64,000 nt of DNA from Minisyncoccota bacterium (GTDB lineage: Bacteria > Patescibacteriota > Minisyncoccia > Moranbacterales > UBA2206), in contig JARLIA010000009.1 in NCBI GenBank assembly GCA_031291955.1, positions 1,772 through 65,771 of the forward strand, given 5' to 3'. Position 1 is the stretch's first letter. Each line of letters opens with the position of its first letter. Below, piece by piece: positions 46,950 to 56,800 of the stretch. The notes under the pieces were generated by a model. That model saw only the letters and a program-made list of their open reading frames with translations. It was not told the DNA's origin and ran no database searches. The position numbers and the translations under genes were made by a program.

Positions 46950-47103
46950 AAAATTGATAATTTGATTATACCTAATTTAGACTGCCCCCGCCAGCAACAA
47001 AAAACAAGACCTTTAAAGCCTCGTTTTTCTTGGAGCGGGTAGCGGGAGTCGGACCCGCATCTTAACCTTGCCTGCCCGCAGTGCTTCGCGTGAGCGAGAT
47101 ACC

Positions 47104-47174
47104 AGAATCGAACTGGCGTCCCTTGCTTGGGAAGCAAGTGTACTGCCACTGTACTAATCTCGCACATGCGAAGC
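47104..47174 (-). tRNA. tRNA-Gly (anticodon CCC), CCA not encoded
   Basis: Folded by hand: acceptor GCGAGAT/ATCTCGC, D stem GTAC/GTAC, anticodon stem CTTGC/GCAAG with loop TTCCCAA, T-arm GCCAG-TTCGATT-CTGGT, discriminator U. Confidence 0.8.
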
Positions 47175-47324
47175 AGGCGGGGGAAGGTCACATAATAGCC
47201 GCTATACGATACCCCCAGGTTGAATTTTTAATTTCTAATTTTCAATTTCTAAACAATTTTCAATAATATAATTTCTAAATTGAGAAATTGGGATTTGTTT
47301 AGAAATTGAAAATTGAAAATTTTT

Positions 47325-47897
47325 TTACTTCCGTCCCAGACTCTTCAACGCTTCTTTGATCCTGGCGCCAACATCTTTGATATCCGACGGCACCAACTTC
47401 AGCGCGTCCCGGGCTTCCGAGACAGTATAGCCCATCGTCGTCATTGCTTCAATAGCGTCGGAATCAATGACTGCCTCTTCTTTTTCTCCCACTGACAAAT
47501 CCGCTACTTTATTTTTTAATTCCAAAATGACCCGTGCGGCCGTCTTTTTGCCGATGCCGGAGACTTTAGTGAGAATGGACGGATCTTCGTTGAGAATGGC
47601 GGTGCGGATAGTCTTCGGAGTGGCGATCGAAAGGATGCCCATGGCCGCTTTCGGCCCGATACCGGAAATGGAAATCAAAAGTTCAAACATGTCCAATTCT
47701 TCGCTCGTCAAAAAACCATAGAGCGCCAGCGTATCTTCCCGGACATAGGTGTGAATGAAAAACGCGATTTCAGCTAGTCCCGCCACTTTCCCAAAAGTGT
47801 AAGCGGACAAAAACACTTTATAGCCGACGCCCGAAACATCCACCACCGCGTAGCCATTTTTCAAATATTCGATTTTGCCTTTGAGATGAGCGATCAT
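47325..47897 (-). CDS. ruvA: Holliday junction branch-migration complex subunit RuvA
   Basis: OB-fold N-terminus (MIAHLKGKI...VVDVSGVGYKVF) and HhH motifs (ISGIGPKAA...VSGIGKKTAARV). Confidence 0.95.
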   Translation of the reverse strand: MIAHLKGKIEYLKNGYAVVDVSGVGYKVFLSAYTFGKVAGLAEIAFFIHTYVREDTLALYGFLTSEELDMFELLISISGIGPKAAMGILSIATPKTIRTAILNEDPSILTKVSGIGKKTAARVILELKNKVADLSVGEKEEAVIDSDAIEAMTTMGYTVSEARDALKLVPSDIKDVGARIKEALKSLGRK

Positions 47898-48070
47898 AGT
47901 ATTATTATCTTAGTCTTCTATTGCCAAAAACTCAAGGCTATGCTAAAAATAATGAGTCTCGAGTCTAATCAAGTTTATAAAGTAGCCAGTTCCTAAAGTT
48001 CACAATAGGTGCTTATAGAGTTTCCTTTACAGACTTTATGGGCCTTATGGACTTTACAACTCAAACAATT

Positions 48071-48346
48071 ATGCCAATCAAAAAATCCGCCAAGAAATAC
48101 ATGCGGGTGACCGAACATAAGACCGAAAAGAACCGCAAAATCAAAGGCCAATTCCGGAGCGCTATGAAAGCCACCCGGACTGCGGTCGCCAAAGGTGAAA
48201 CCGACAAAGCCCAAGAAAGCTTGAAAAAGGCCGTGAAGGCGCTCGACAAAGCGGCTCAGAAAAAAATCATCCATAAGAACAACGCTGCAAGAAACAAATC
48301 CAGACTGAATAAACTAGTCAAAAAGATGGTCAGAACCACTGATTAA
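48071..48346 (+). CDS. rpsT: 30S ribosomal protein bS20
   Basis: MPIKKSAKKYMRVTEHKTEKNRKIKGQFRSAMK...; a Lys/Arg/Ala-rich helical protein of ~90 aa. Confidence 0.9.
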   Translation: MPIKKSAKKYMRVTEHKTEKNRKIKGQFRSAMKATRTAVAKGETDKAQESLKKAVKALDKAAQKKIIHKNNAARNKSRLNKLVKKMVRTTD

Positions 48347-48378
48347 CACATGAACTCACTGATTCCACTGAAATTTTA

Positions 48379-48407
48379 AAAGCTCGGCTTAGGCCGAGCT
48401 TTTTTTA
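48379..48407. terminator. bidirectional Rho-independent terminator between rpsT and holA
   Basis: aagctcggc-ttag-gccgagctt hairpin with T7 downstream and an A/T-rich upstream flank. Confidence 0.8.
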
Positions 48408-48448
48408 TGTGCAATCACGTGAAAATCAGTGAGAATCAGTGGTTCAGA

Positions 48449-49414
48449 CTAAAGTTCCGCCACGAATTTATCCAACGCCAGCTTCATATCGATTTTCCCT
48501 ATTTTCACTTTGGCATCGATGTCGGACAGCGCGGCGTATATTTTTTTGAGTCGCGCGAAAGAATAATTGCAGAGCTGTCCGAGGCTTTTTTTGACCACAA
48601 ACGGATGCAATTTGGAATTTTTTACTATTTCATATTCCGGCATCCCCTGCTCTTTCAAATCGGCGATTTTCAGGAGATTTCTGAACTGATAGACAAACAT
48701 GCTCATGAGATAAAACGGGTCATCGCCTTTTTCCAAGTGCCGATGGAGAAGCTTCAACGCTTCTTTTTTATTATTCGCTCCGAGGGCGTCCACCGTCGCG
48801 AAAATGTTACTATCCACGTTAGCCCGGACCAGCAGTTCAACATCCTTTTCACCAATCATTTCTCCACTAGCGTAATTCACCAGCTTTTCTATTTCGGAAT
48901 TGAGAACCAGAGAATCACCGCCGCAGTAAGCAATCAACCTTTCTAGAGCTGCTTTTGAAATATTGGATTTCTCGTCCAATTCTTTTATTCTCTTTAAGAT
49001 CCATTGGTCCAGTTTGGCGCCAAACAGCTTGACATATTCCTGGCTTTTGGAAATTTTCTCTAAAATTTTAAAAAGTTTATCCGCTTTTTTGGGACTGCCA
49101 TCTTCCCAAAACGAAACTACCAAATCATTGTCCTTGGCCAGTTTTTCACCATTCTTTTTAAAATACTCCCGCATCTTTTCTTTTTCCGTTTCCGGCGCAG
49201 CTAAAATCATTCTTTTTATAATCACCAGCCTTTTGGGAGCCAAAAGATTGGGTGTGGAAAACACGTTGATTATTTTTCGCGCTTCGGTTCCTTCGGAGAA
49301 ATCGAAACGCGACAAGCCCGAACCGGACTTGTCGCTCTCAAGATACTTTTGTTTTATCTCAAGCAGTTTTTGGTGCGAACGGAATCGGTCGTCACCATAA
49401 AGAAAAATTATCAT
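48449..49414 (-). CDS. holA: DNA polymerase III subunit delta
   Basis: N-terminus MIIFLYGDDRF and a 3-domain clamp-loader-like length (321 aa); overall alpha-helical. Confidence 0.75.
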   Translation of the reverse strand: MIIFLYGDDRFRSHQKLLEIKQKYLESDKSGSGLSRFDFSEGTEARKIINVFSTPNLLAPKRLVIIKRMILAAPETEKEKMREYFKKNGEKLAKDNDLVVSFWEDGSPKKADKLFKILEKISKSQEYVKLFGAKLDQWILKRIKELDEKSNISKAALERLIAYCGGDSLVLNSEIEKLVNYASGEMIGEKDVELLVRANVDSNIFATVDALGANNKKEALKLLHRHLEKGDDPFYLMSMFVYQFRNLLKIADLKEQGMPEYEIVKNSKLHPFVVKKSLGQLCNYSFARLKKIYAALSDIDAKVKIGKIDMKLALDKFVAEL

Positions 49415-49431
49415 GCGCTTTCAAAGCTGGT

Positions 49432-50598
49432 TTAATTTTGTGGACTGGTCGTATTTGACGTGCTGTTCGTGCTTGTCGCCGCGCCGGCAGTCGACGCGGG
49501 AACCGCACTGGCGCTCGACAGCTCCCATTTGACGCCAATGCCCGGGTCAACGATACTCACCCAGATTTGTCCCGGAACAAATTTGACTTCCTGCCCAGAA
49601 TTGTCAAAAAAAGTCAGCTTGCTGTTCAAATTGCTTTTGTCTTTCTTCCAGGTGCCCTGGGTCTGCTGGCCGTTCATATAGAAATAGGCCGTGCCCGAAT
49701 CACCCTGATCATACCAAGGATCGCCCACCTGAAAGTTAGCATACTGAGTTTCCATGACGGCGCCCTCCGCGACCATAACTACGATATTTTTGGGCGTGAT
49801 GTTTTTCCCGTTGTTCCTGTCCGTATCAACCGACTTGCCCCATGTTCGCACGTAGCTGTTCGTGGTTTTGTCATAATCAAAAATCTCATTCCACGGACTC
49901 GGATAATTAATTCGCAAACGTCCGCCGGCCGGACGCTGGTCAGCCGCAGCTTCAGCCTGGTGTGGATAACCGATAAGTTTTCCTTCCAATCTATAGCCGA
50001 AATTTTTGGCGCCCTGGATAAGGGTCGCAAGCTTGGTGTATCCGGTATCATCGCTTATCATTGGCCCGGTTTGCGCTTCCCGGTAGCAATATTGGGCGGC
50101 CGACTTCCCGCCGTCATTATTGCAATTCATGTCGTCAATGATACCTTGTTTGAGTTTGTCTAGAGCGAAATGCGAGCCGCCCCAGTGGACATAAATCGCG
50201 TCGAGTCCTGCCGCGATCGGGATGTAATCGTGGCGGGAACTCCGGACAGAGCCGATTTTTTCCGGATTGCCGCAAATATAAAAAGCCATGAGCCGCGTAA
50301 TGCTCCCGTAAACGGCCGGCATCTCCACTACCATGTCCGCGTCGGACAGGCCGGACAATGGGCGAGCAGAAACATCGGACGGCTGCATGACCGCGAACGG
50401 ACGGCGGTTCCAATCGGCGCAACTCAAGCCGGAAATCGGACTGACATTGCCTGAATTCGCCGGTCCGCTTTGCTCGGTCGGCCCGTTGATGTCGATTTGT
50501 TTGTTAGTCGTTTTTTTGCGGTGGGTCAGGAAATAAATCCCGCCACCGATCACCGCGATCACCACAATGGCGATGACAATTTTTTGAGGTTTGCCCAT
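49432..50598 (-). CDS. DUF3048 (YerB-like) secreted protein
   Basis: N-terminal TM; blocks SGLSDADMVVEMPAVYGSITRLMAFY and IYVHWGGSHFALD. Confidence 0.65.
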   Translation of the reverse strand: MGKPQKIVIAIVVIAVIGGGIYFLTHRKKTTNKQIDINGPTEQSGPANSGNVSPISGLSCADWNRRPFAVMQPSDVSARPLSGLSDADMVVEMPAVYGSITRLMAFYICGNPEKIGSVRSSRHDYIPIAAGLDAIYVHWGGSHFALDKLKQGIIDDMNCNNDGGKSAAQYCYREAQTGPMISDDTGYTKLATLIQGAKNFGYRLEGKLIGYPHQAEAAADQRPAGGRLRINYPSPWNEIFDYDKTTNSYVRTWGKSVDTDRNNGKNITPKNIVVMVAEGAVMETQYANFQVGDPWYDQGDSGTAYFYMNGQQTQGTWKKDKSNLNSKLTFFDNSGQEVKFVPGQIWVSIVDPGIGVKWELSSASAVPASTAGAATSTNSTSNTTSPQN

Positions 50599-50678
50599 TC
50601 GATTAAATTGTTAAATTGTTAAATTGTTACATAGCTAAACATTAAAAAAATTTAGCAATATAACAACTTAGCAATAGG

Positions 50679-51542
50679 CTACTTTTGGCATTTCTCACAA
50701 AAGAAGATACTTCGCTGTCCCAAAACTTCTCTTTTGATTATTGTACCACATTTTTGGCACACTTGCTTGTCTCGCCGGTAGACCCGCGCGATTTTTTGGT
50801 AGCCGCCCGGCGCGCCACTCGTGTCGCGATAATCGGAATCGGACGTCCCGCGGTATTTTATGGCTTTTTTCAGGATCTTTCCGATTGAAGCGTACAGTTT
50901 TTTACGTTCGAGAAGATCAATTGTTTCAATTCTACGCGTTGGCAAGATTTCAGCATCGAATAAAATTTCGCTGCGATAAATATTGCCGATCCCGGCGATC
51001 AAATTCTGATCCATCAGCAGAAGCCCGACTGGAGACTTCTTTTTGCGGTCAAGTATTTCATGGAATTTAGCAAAAGTAAATTCTTCACTCATCGCGTCAA
51101 CGCCAAGAGCTTTTATTTCTTTGAGAAAATTGATTTTATCCGTATCCTCCAAAACGATTTTCCCAAACTTCCGCAAATCCGAAAACTCCAGCGTTCGCCC
51201 CGATTTCAATTTCCAGATGTGATGCACATATTGATTCACTTTATCGTCAAAATAGTTTTTTCCATCACTTTTAACTTTTAATTTTGAACTTTTAACTAGC
51301 AAGTGCCCTGTCATTTTCAAATGTATATACAGCGTTTTTCCGCCGGAAAGATCCAAAAAAATATTCTTCCCGATCCGCCGGACGCCGAGTATCTTACGCC
51401 CGCCGATCTCTTTTGTAAAGCGTTCGGCTGATTTATTCTTAATAGTTTTCCCCCAATCCGTCCAAAAACTAACGACAGTGTCGCCTTTTATTTTTTCATT
51501 GAGATCGGTGATAATCGTTTGGACTTCAGGAAGTTCCGGCAT
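50679..51542 (-). CDS. mutM: formamidopyrimidine-DNA glycosylase / AP lyase (Fpg/Nei family)
   Basis: N-terminal MPELPEV catalytic Pro2/Glu3, H2TH, C-terminal Cys4 zinc finger CQKCG...FFCEKCQ. Confidence 0.9.
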   Translation of the reverse strand: MPELPEVQTIITDLNEKIKGDTVVSFWTDWGKTIKNKSAERFTKEIGGRKILGVRRIGKNIFLDLSGGKTLYIHLKMTGHLLVKSSKLKVKSDGKNYFDDKVNQYVHHIWKLKSGRTLEFSDLRKFGKIVLEDTDKINFLKEIKALGVDAMSEEFTFAKFHEILDRKKKSPVGLLLMDQNLIAGIGNIYRSEILFDAEILPTRRIETIDLLERKKLYASIGKILKKAIKYRGTSDSDYRDTSGAPGGYQKIARVYRRDKQVCQKCGTIIKREVLGQRSIFFCEKCQK

Positions 51543-51610
51543 GATTTGAAAATATTTTTAGCTTTTGACTGACTTGATTCTACCAAACTCCCGCCCTTTC
51601 GCCAACTGCC

Positions 51611-51643
51611 GAAAAAAGCGCCGTTTAAGCGGCGCTTTTTAGG
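51611..51643. terminator. bidirectional Rho-independent terminator
   Basis: gcgccg-tttaag-cggcgc hairpin flanked by A6 and T5. Confidence 0.75.
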
Positions 51644-51670
51644 ATAAAAGTTGGAAAAATAAAAGTTTTT

Positions 51671-52576
51671 TTAATTTTTAAAATCCGCCCCGCCGATAAC
51701 CAGGATATCGGCGTTGACCGGTTTTGTCTCGTTGGCCGGCAGACTGATGACTTCCCCGCTAACCGCCGTGGCGATATTTTGAGCTAGAGTGGAATTACTG
51801 CCAGAAAGATCAACCACTTCCGTCTTCGCGTAAATCCCTTTGGCGTTTCCGGTTTCAGCTATCTTGACGCCCTCGATCGGGGAAATTTTATCAGAAACGG
51901 CTTTGGCCAGTCCAGCCCTATTTGTTCCATTATAAACCGCCACTTGAGCTGTTTGTGGCGTTGCGACAGCTTCGGCGGATGAATTTGAATTTGAAGTATC
52001 TGCCGAAGGCTGAGATGCATTTTGAACTCCGGCGGTAGCCGGAGAAACTGGAGCAGTTTCAGAACTCGACCCGACCGCGCTCGCCGCCATTGAAGTCGAA
52101 TTGATAATCATATTGGTTGATGGACGATAGAGGACCACTTTTTGCGCCTTGGTATAAAAAAGCACCTTGTCTCCGTTTTGAGCATTGGCAAAAAACGCCT
52201 GGGAAGAGAGCCTGTCTTTATCGGCAACAGTCGCTATGGTCGGTGTTTCGCCTTGCGGCAGGACCATAAATTTACTAATCTTAGCCACATAGTTAGCCGC
52301 CTCATTTTTCGAAGCATCGGGAGATGTAGCTTTTTTATATTGATAATAAAAATAGACTGTCGCTCCCAAAGAGCTGATAAAAACCACCGCAAGAATCACC
52401 CCGGCAATATTTTTCTTTGAAAATCTAACCCGGAGAACACCTTTATCCGCGGAAATTATATCTTTTTCATTCGCGCTTTTTTTTGCTGCACGCGGGGTAG
52501 TCATAAATTTTTCAATACTAGCTCTTTTTTTATTTTCATCTTCCAAAAACGAATTATTTTTTATTTTTTGTAACAT
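51671..52576 (-). CDS. membrane-anchored protein with C-terminal LytR_C (LCP-associated) domain
   Basis: TM (IAGVILAVVFISSLGATVYFYY), a Ser/Ala/Thr-rich linker, and a C-terminal ~90 aa (KISPIEGVKIAETGNAKG...ADILVIGGADFK). Confidence 0.6.
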   Translation of the reverse strand: MLQKIKNNSFLEDENKKRASIEKFMTTPRAAKKSANEKDIISADKGVLRVRFSKKNIAGVILAVVFISSLGATVYFYYQYKKATSPDASKNEAANYVAKISKFMVLPQGETPTIATVADKDRLSSQAFFANAQNGDKVLFYTKAQKVVLYRPSTNMIINSTSMAASAVGSSSETAPVSPATAGVQNASQPSADTSNSNSSAEAVATPQTAQVAVYNGTNRAGLAKAVSDKISPIEGVKIAETGNAKGIYAKTEVVDLSGSNSTLAQNIATAVSGEVISLPANETKPVNADILVIGGADFKN

Positions 52577-52667
52577 ATGTTTATCCCACTATATCATAAA
52601 ATAGAAAAGAAATAAAAAAACACACTACCGATAGAGACAAGGAGACACCTTACTTTATCTCTATGTA

Positions 52668-53696
52668 TTATTGAAGCGCGTTGTAGGCCGATTTTGTAAT
52701 TTCTTGGATAACCTTTTCCTGCTGGGAAAAATCGTTACCTTCAGTCATGACACATACAATGAATGGATTGTTCGGCTTATAGACGATACCGCAATCGTTA
52801 AGAACGTACGAGTGAACCGTACCGTCAGCGTTCATACCGGTCGCCTCGCCGAATTTATGCGCCACTTTCACGCCCTTGGGAACGCCGGAAGCAATTCCCT
52901 TGGTGAAGGTTGACTGGGAAAGCAAGTCAAGCACTTGATTGGAATATTTCGTATTCAAATACGATGCATTGTAAAGCGTGCGGAAAATAGCCGCGAAACC
53001 CCGGGGCGTAACTTTCCAATCACCCGGGGGCGAGCTGGCTGGCGGCACAGTCATGCCTAAATCAGTCAGCACTTGTACGGAATAATCTTTGGCTGTATCC
53101 GAAAGAATTCCGAAAGGCGCATTGTCAGAGTATACCAGCATGTGCTTCAGCATATCACCGATCGAATAGGTCTGACCCGGAACAAGTGGGTTTTGCGGAG
53201 GATAATGTTGGTCGGAATTTGTCGGATCCTCCCCGGCCGTTGGGATTTGCAATTGCCTATCGAAGATGTCAGGCTGGAGTTCGGCAACTTTATAATAAAT
53301 AAGCGCCACCGGCAACTTCAAGAGGCTGGCTGGATAAAAATCATCCGTGTCATTGATACCGAACCAGCGCTTGGTGTTTAAGTCACGATAAAAAACCGAG
53401 GCGCGGATAATATGTCCGTTATTTTTTTCATCATCAATCACCCCGCCAATATTGACGTGCAAGTTTTCTATTTGATTGGAAATATCATCAAATGATTGGC
53501 AATTAATATCGTTATTGAGAAATGGGAAATTCTTACTGCAATTCGGCGCTGGCAACACTGGTGCGGCCGTGTTTTTCAGAGCAAACCAAATAATAGCCGC
53601 ACCTAACAAAAAAGCTCCCAGGGGCAATGCGATTTTTTTTAATATTTTAAGCATGCGATAAGGAGTTATCCAGTCAACGCAAGATGAAAATTTCAA
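52668..53696 (-). CDS. class A beta-lactamase-like serine hydrolase (PBP/transpeptidase fold)
   Basis: S-x-x-K (PASLLKL), S-D-N (VYSDNAP), K-T/S-G-like (HKFGEATG); N-terminal TM anchor. Confidence 0.65.
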   Translation of the reverse strand: MKFSSCVDWITPYRMLKILKKIALPLGAFLLGAAIIWFALKNTAAPVLPAPNCSKNFPFLNNDINCQSFDDISNQIENLHVNIGGVIDDEKNNGHIIRASVFYRDLNTKRWFGINDTDDFYPASLLKLPVALIYYKVAELQPDIFDRQLQIPTAGEDPTNSDQHYPPQNPLVPGQTYSIGDMLKHMLVYSDNAPFGILSDTAKDYSVQVLTDLGMTVPPASSPPGDWKVTPRGFAAIFRTLYNASYLNTKYSNQVLDLLSQSTFTKGIASGVPKGVKVAHKFGEATGMNADGTVHSYVLNDCGIVYKPNNPFIVCVMTEGNDFSQQEKVIQEITKSAYNALQ

Positions 53697-53813
53697 TCCC
53701 CCTTTCGGGTATGAATTCTATACGGTTGCATTATAACATAATTTCAAAAAACAAAAAGACCTCGCCAGGAATCGAGGTCATTTTTGTTCTTGCCCTATTT
53801 AAAATTCCAAATT

Positions 53814-56800
53814 TTATGGAGTGGTCGTTGCGGAAACATTCGCTGCCGTATTTGTTGTGGCATTCGTGTTTGTTGTGGTTATGCCGGTTGACGATAAGAC
53901 GGATTGCGACCCGCCCGTATCCCGTGCTGCCGTGTCTGTATTTTCCGTAGCTGTATTTACTAAATCCGATGCCGCGGTCGTACTTGATGTTGCAGTGGCG
54001 CCAGGCACGGTTGGTTCCGTAGCCGTCGGATTTGTATTTGTATTCGTGCCTGTAGGGACAACTTGCGACCCGTCCGCGCTGACAGGCGTATCGGTATTAT
54101 CTGACGCATCAAATGTTTTAACGTCTTTCACTGCGATCGCCGTCCAGGAGAAAGGAATATCATAGATCGCTTTTTGATTGATCCTAATTTCAAATCCCTT
54201 GGTCGTCACATTGGTTATAATGAAGTTGGCATCACTAGTGAGCAGAAGATTTTCAGTCGCATGCCTTATGTCATCGTCCTTGATTTGTTGCAGTGACACA
54301 TTAGCATTAACAATCGGCGCATCTGAGTATTCTTGCGAAAATTCAACGACCACATTATCAGTCCCCTCTTTGACAATCGCATATCCGGCTGCGTCTTGAT
54401 TGAACGTCACTTGGCCTTCAAAAGAAACATTGTTATGGAACACGACTTTGTCGACAAATTCTGCCACCGCCTTGAACATCGCCGGACCATTGAACTGCGC
54501 CAAGCCTCCTACTGTTAATCCTCCGCTGGTCGTAAAATCTTCAATCGTGCTCGCGTCCAGGCCGGCCGATTTATCAGTCAGCGTCTTCAGGGAAGCTTGT
54601 AAGCTCGTAATCTGTTGCCCTAGATTATTAACTTCCGTCGTATTACTTGCCACACCATCTTGCGCGCTTTGAATTCCGGTCTGAATAAACTGCAAGCCTT
54701 CGATATTTTCCGCTTTGATATTTTTCGCCACCAGAGTATCGGTCACAATCAATGGACTTACCATTTGACCAACCGCGTTGATATTCCCCGCTAAAATATC
54801 AGCCGCACTATAGTTGGCCTGATTGTTTTTCAAGTTCTCCAAGAAATCCAACACCTTACCTTGTGATGTATATTCGGCAAAGGGCGAATTCGGATCAGTC
54901 GCAGCGGCCACAGCACTGTCATCAACATCCAGACTATTATCCGTTACCTCAGCCATCAAAGAATCCACTGACATGCCTTGATAGTCGGCCAGATTCACAA
55001 AGACTGTGATTTGTCCGCACTTCGCGTCAGTGCCGCCATTGCCGCCCGCCGGACAATCAGTCATATTGTCCAAATTCATCGATTCCATAGCGGTGCCCAG
55101 CACTCGTCCGGCCACCGTGGCGCGCATCGCATAGCCCGGAATCGACGCGGCTGTGATGCGATCGCCCGCTTTGATCAGGCCGTTTTCACTGGAAACATTG
55201 ACCGGCACGCGTCCGACCAAAGCGATCGGATATGAACCATCGGTATATGAACCGGCCACAAAACCAGGCGCGGTCGACACAATGCCCAACACATCTTTTT
55301 GATAGGCCATCGATGAACGTTTGACATTATGGACATCAGTTGAATCAACAGAGACCACTTCACCTTTTTGCAGATCATCCGCCGAGGTATAATTTTCCGC
55401 AAGGTCAGCGCCGCCAGCATAGAATCCGCCTTGTTGCGATGAATATATCCCGCCATTGGAAGTCACGCGCAAGACATTATATGAATCAGTCTGCAGGGAT
55501 AGCAGATCCTGACCATTGGTAATTTGGTATTGCATCACAGTCGGCAAAGAAATCGTGCGGTTGCAAAATTCCATACCCGCGCCGGAATTATAGACACCGT
55601 TTTGAGCGCCGCAAAATGTCGGAAAGTCACGACGGAAATTGATTTCCACCTGCGCCCAGGTTTCTGTGCCAGCATTATTCAAACTGCCACCGGGATTATC
55701 GACACCATTGAAACTCGCTGCACCTAGAGCCGCTGGCGAACTGGCCACGCGCGCTTCAAAACGCACATACGAATCGGATGTTTTTTGCCATTCCAAAGTC
55801 GAATTAGGTGAAAGCGCCGGCACTTGCATCATTTCCGACAGATATTGACCGTCTGCGTACCAACCAGCATCATAAACACCAACTAGATTGGAAGGCGTTG
55901 AGCCACCATTGATAAGCACCCATTTGCCATCCGGCCGCTGGAAGGTCACCGAACCGTCGCCTTGCCCAGTATAAGCCGCTGGTGCCGGCACGCCCAAAGT
56001 AGCATCAGCATAGGTATCGGCAAAGGTAGTTATTGAATTGCCAGACACCGTTCCCACTAACCGATAGCTTCCGATAAGCCCGGTGGACGAGGCAATTGTC
56101 CGATACACATTGCGCGCCGTCGTGCCAGTCGGTCCGGCAATGACACCGGTAACATTAACTGTTTGATTTCCACTGGTTGTAGTGGCGGTGGCTGAAGCGG
56201 CGGCTGGCAATGATTCTACGCCGTTAGTGACAAAAGTATATTTGTAGGTATGCACACCCACATCGACTGCACCGCCAGTACCGATCGAACCGATTGTTGA
56301 TACCGAAGCCGGTGCCGGCGCAAAAGGCAGCGTCGGATTGGCGGCAATAGTGGCATCCGCCGTCACATCACTATAAGTAGTGGTCGAGTTATCATCCAAT
56401 TGCGCTACGAAATAATAGACAGCAGTCGAAGCCGCACCGGCCACTGTTCGATAGATCCTTCTGGCTGTGACATTCGCGTATGGACTAGCACCGGTCGGAA
56501 TCGCGGTCAGTGGGACTGTCTGCGTTCCGGTCGAAGCCACCGTAGCAACAGCTGAGGCCGTTCCCGGTAAAGACTCAAGGCCACCCATAATTTCAGTCAC
56601 TTTGTAATAATGCGCGCCAACATCAACCGCGCCACCAGAAGCGACTGTGCCGACAGTTGGAGCCGCTGGCGCCGGAATCGGACCCATCTGCGGACCGGCC
56701 GGCGCGGCGGCGACCGTTCCCATCGGCACACCATTGAGCGCTGTGTCTGGACCGCCGGTCGGATAATAAACATTTGAAAGCGTGACTGTTCCAGCAGTTG

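Noticed and set aside
47042-47174. Possibility that tRNA-Gly plus the downstream fragment form a single intron-containing or permuted tRNA/two-piece tmRNA
   Set aside because: tRNA-Gly folds completely on its own with canonical arms. The fragment lacks D and anticodon arms. The sequence downstream of the CCA runs straight into the promoter and start of the 174-aa gene, leaving no room for a tmRNA coding piece. It is kept as a separate finding instead.
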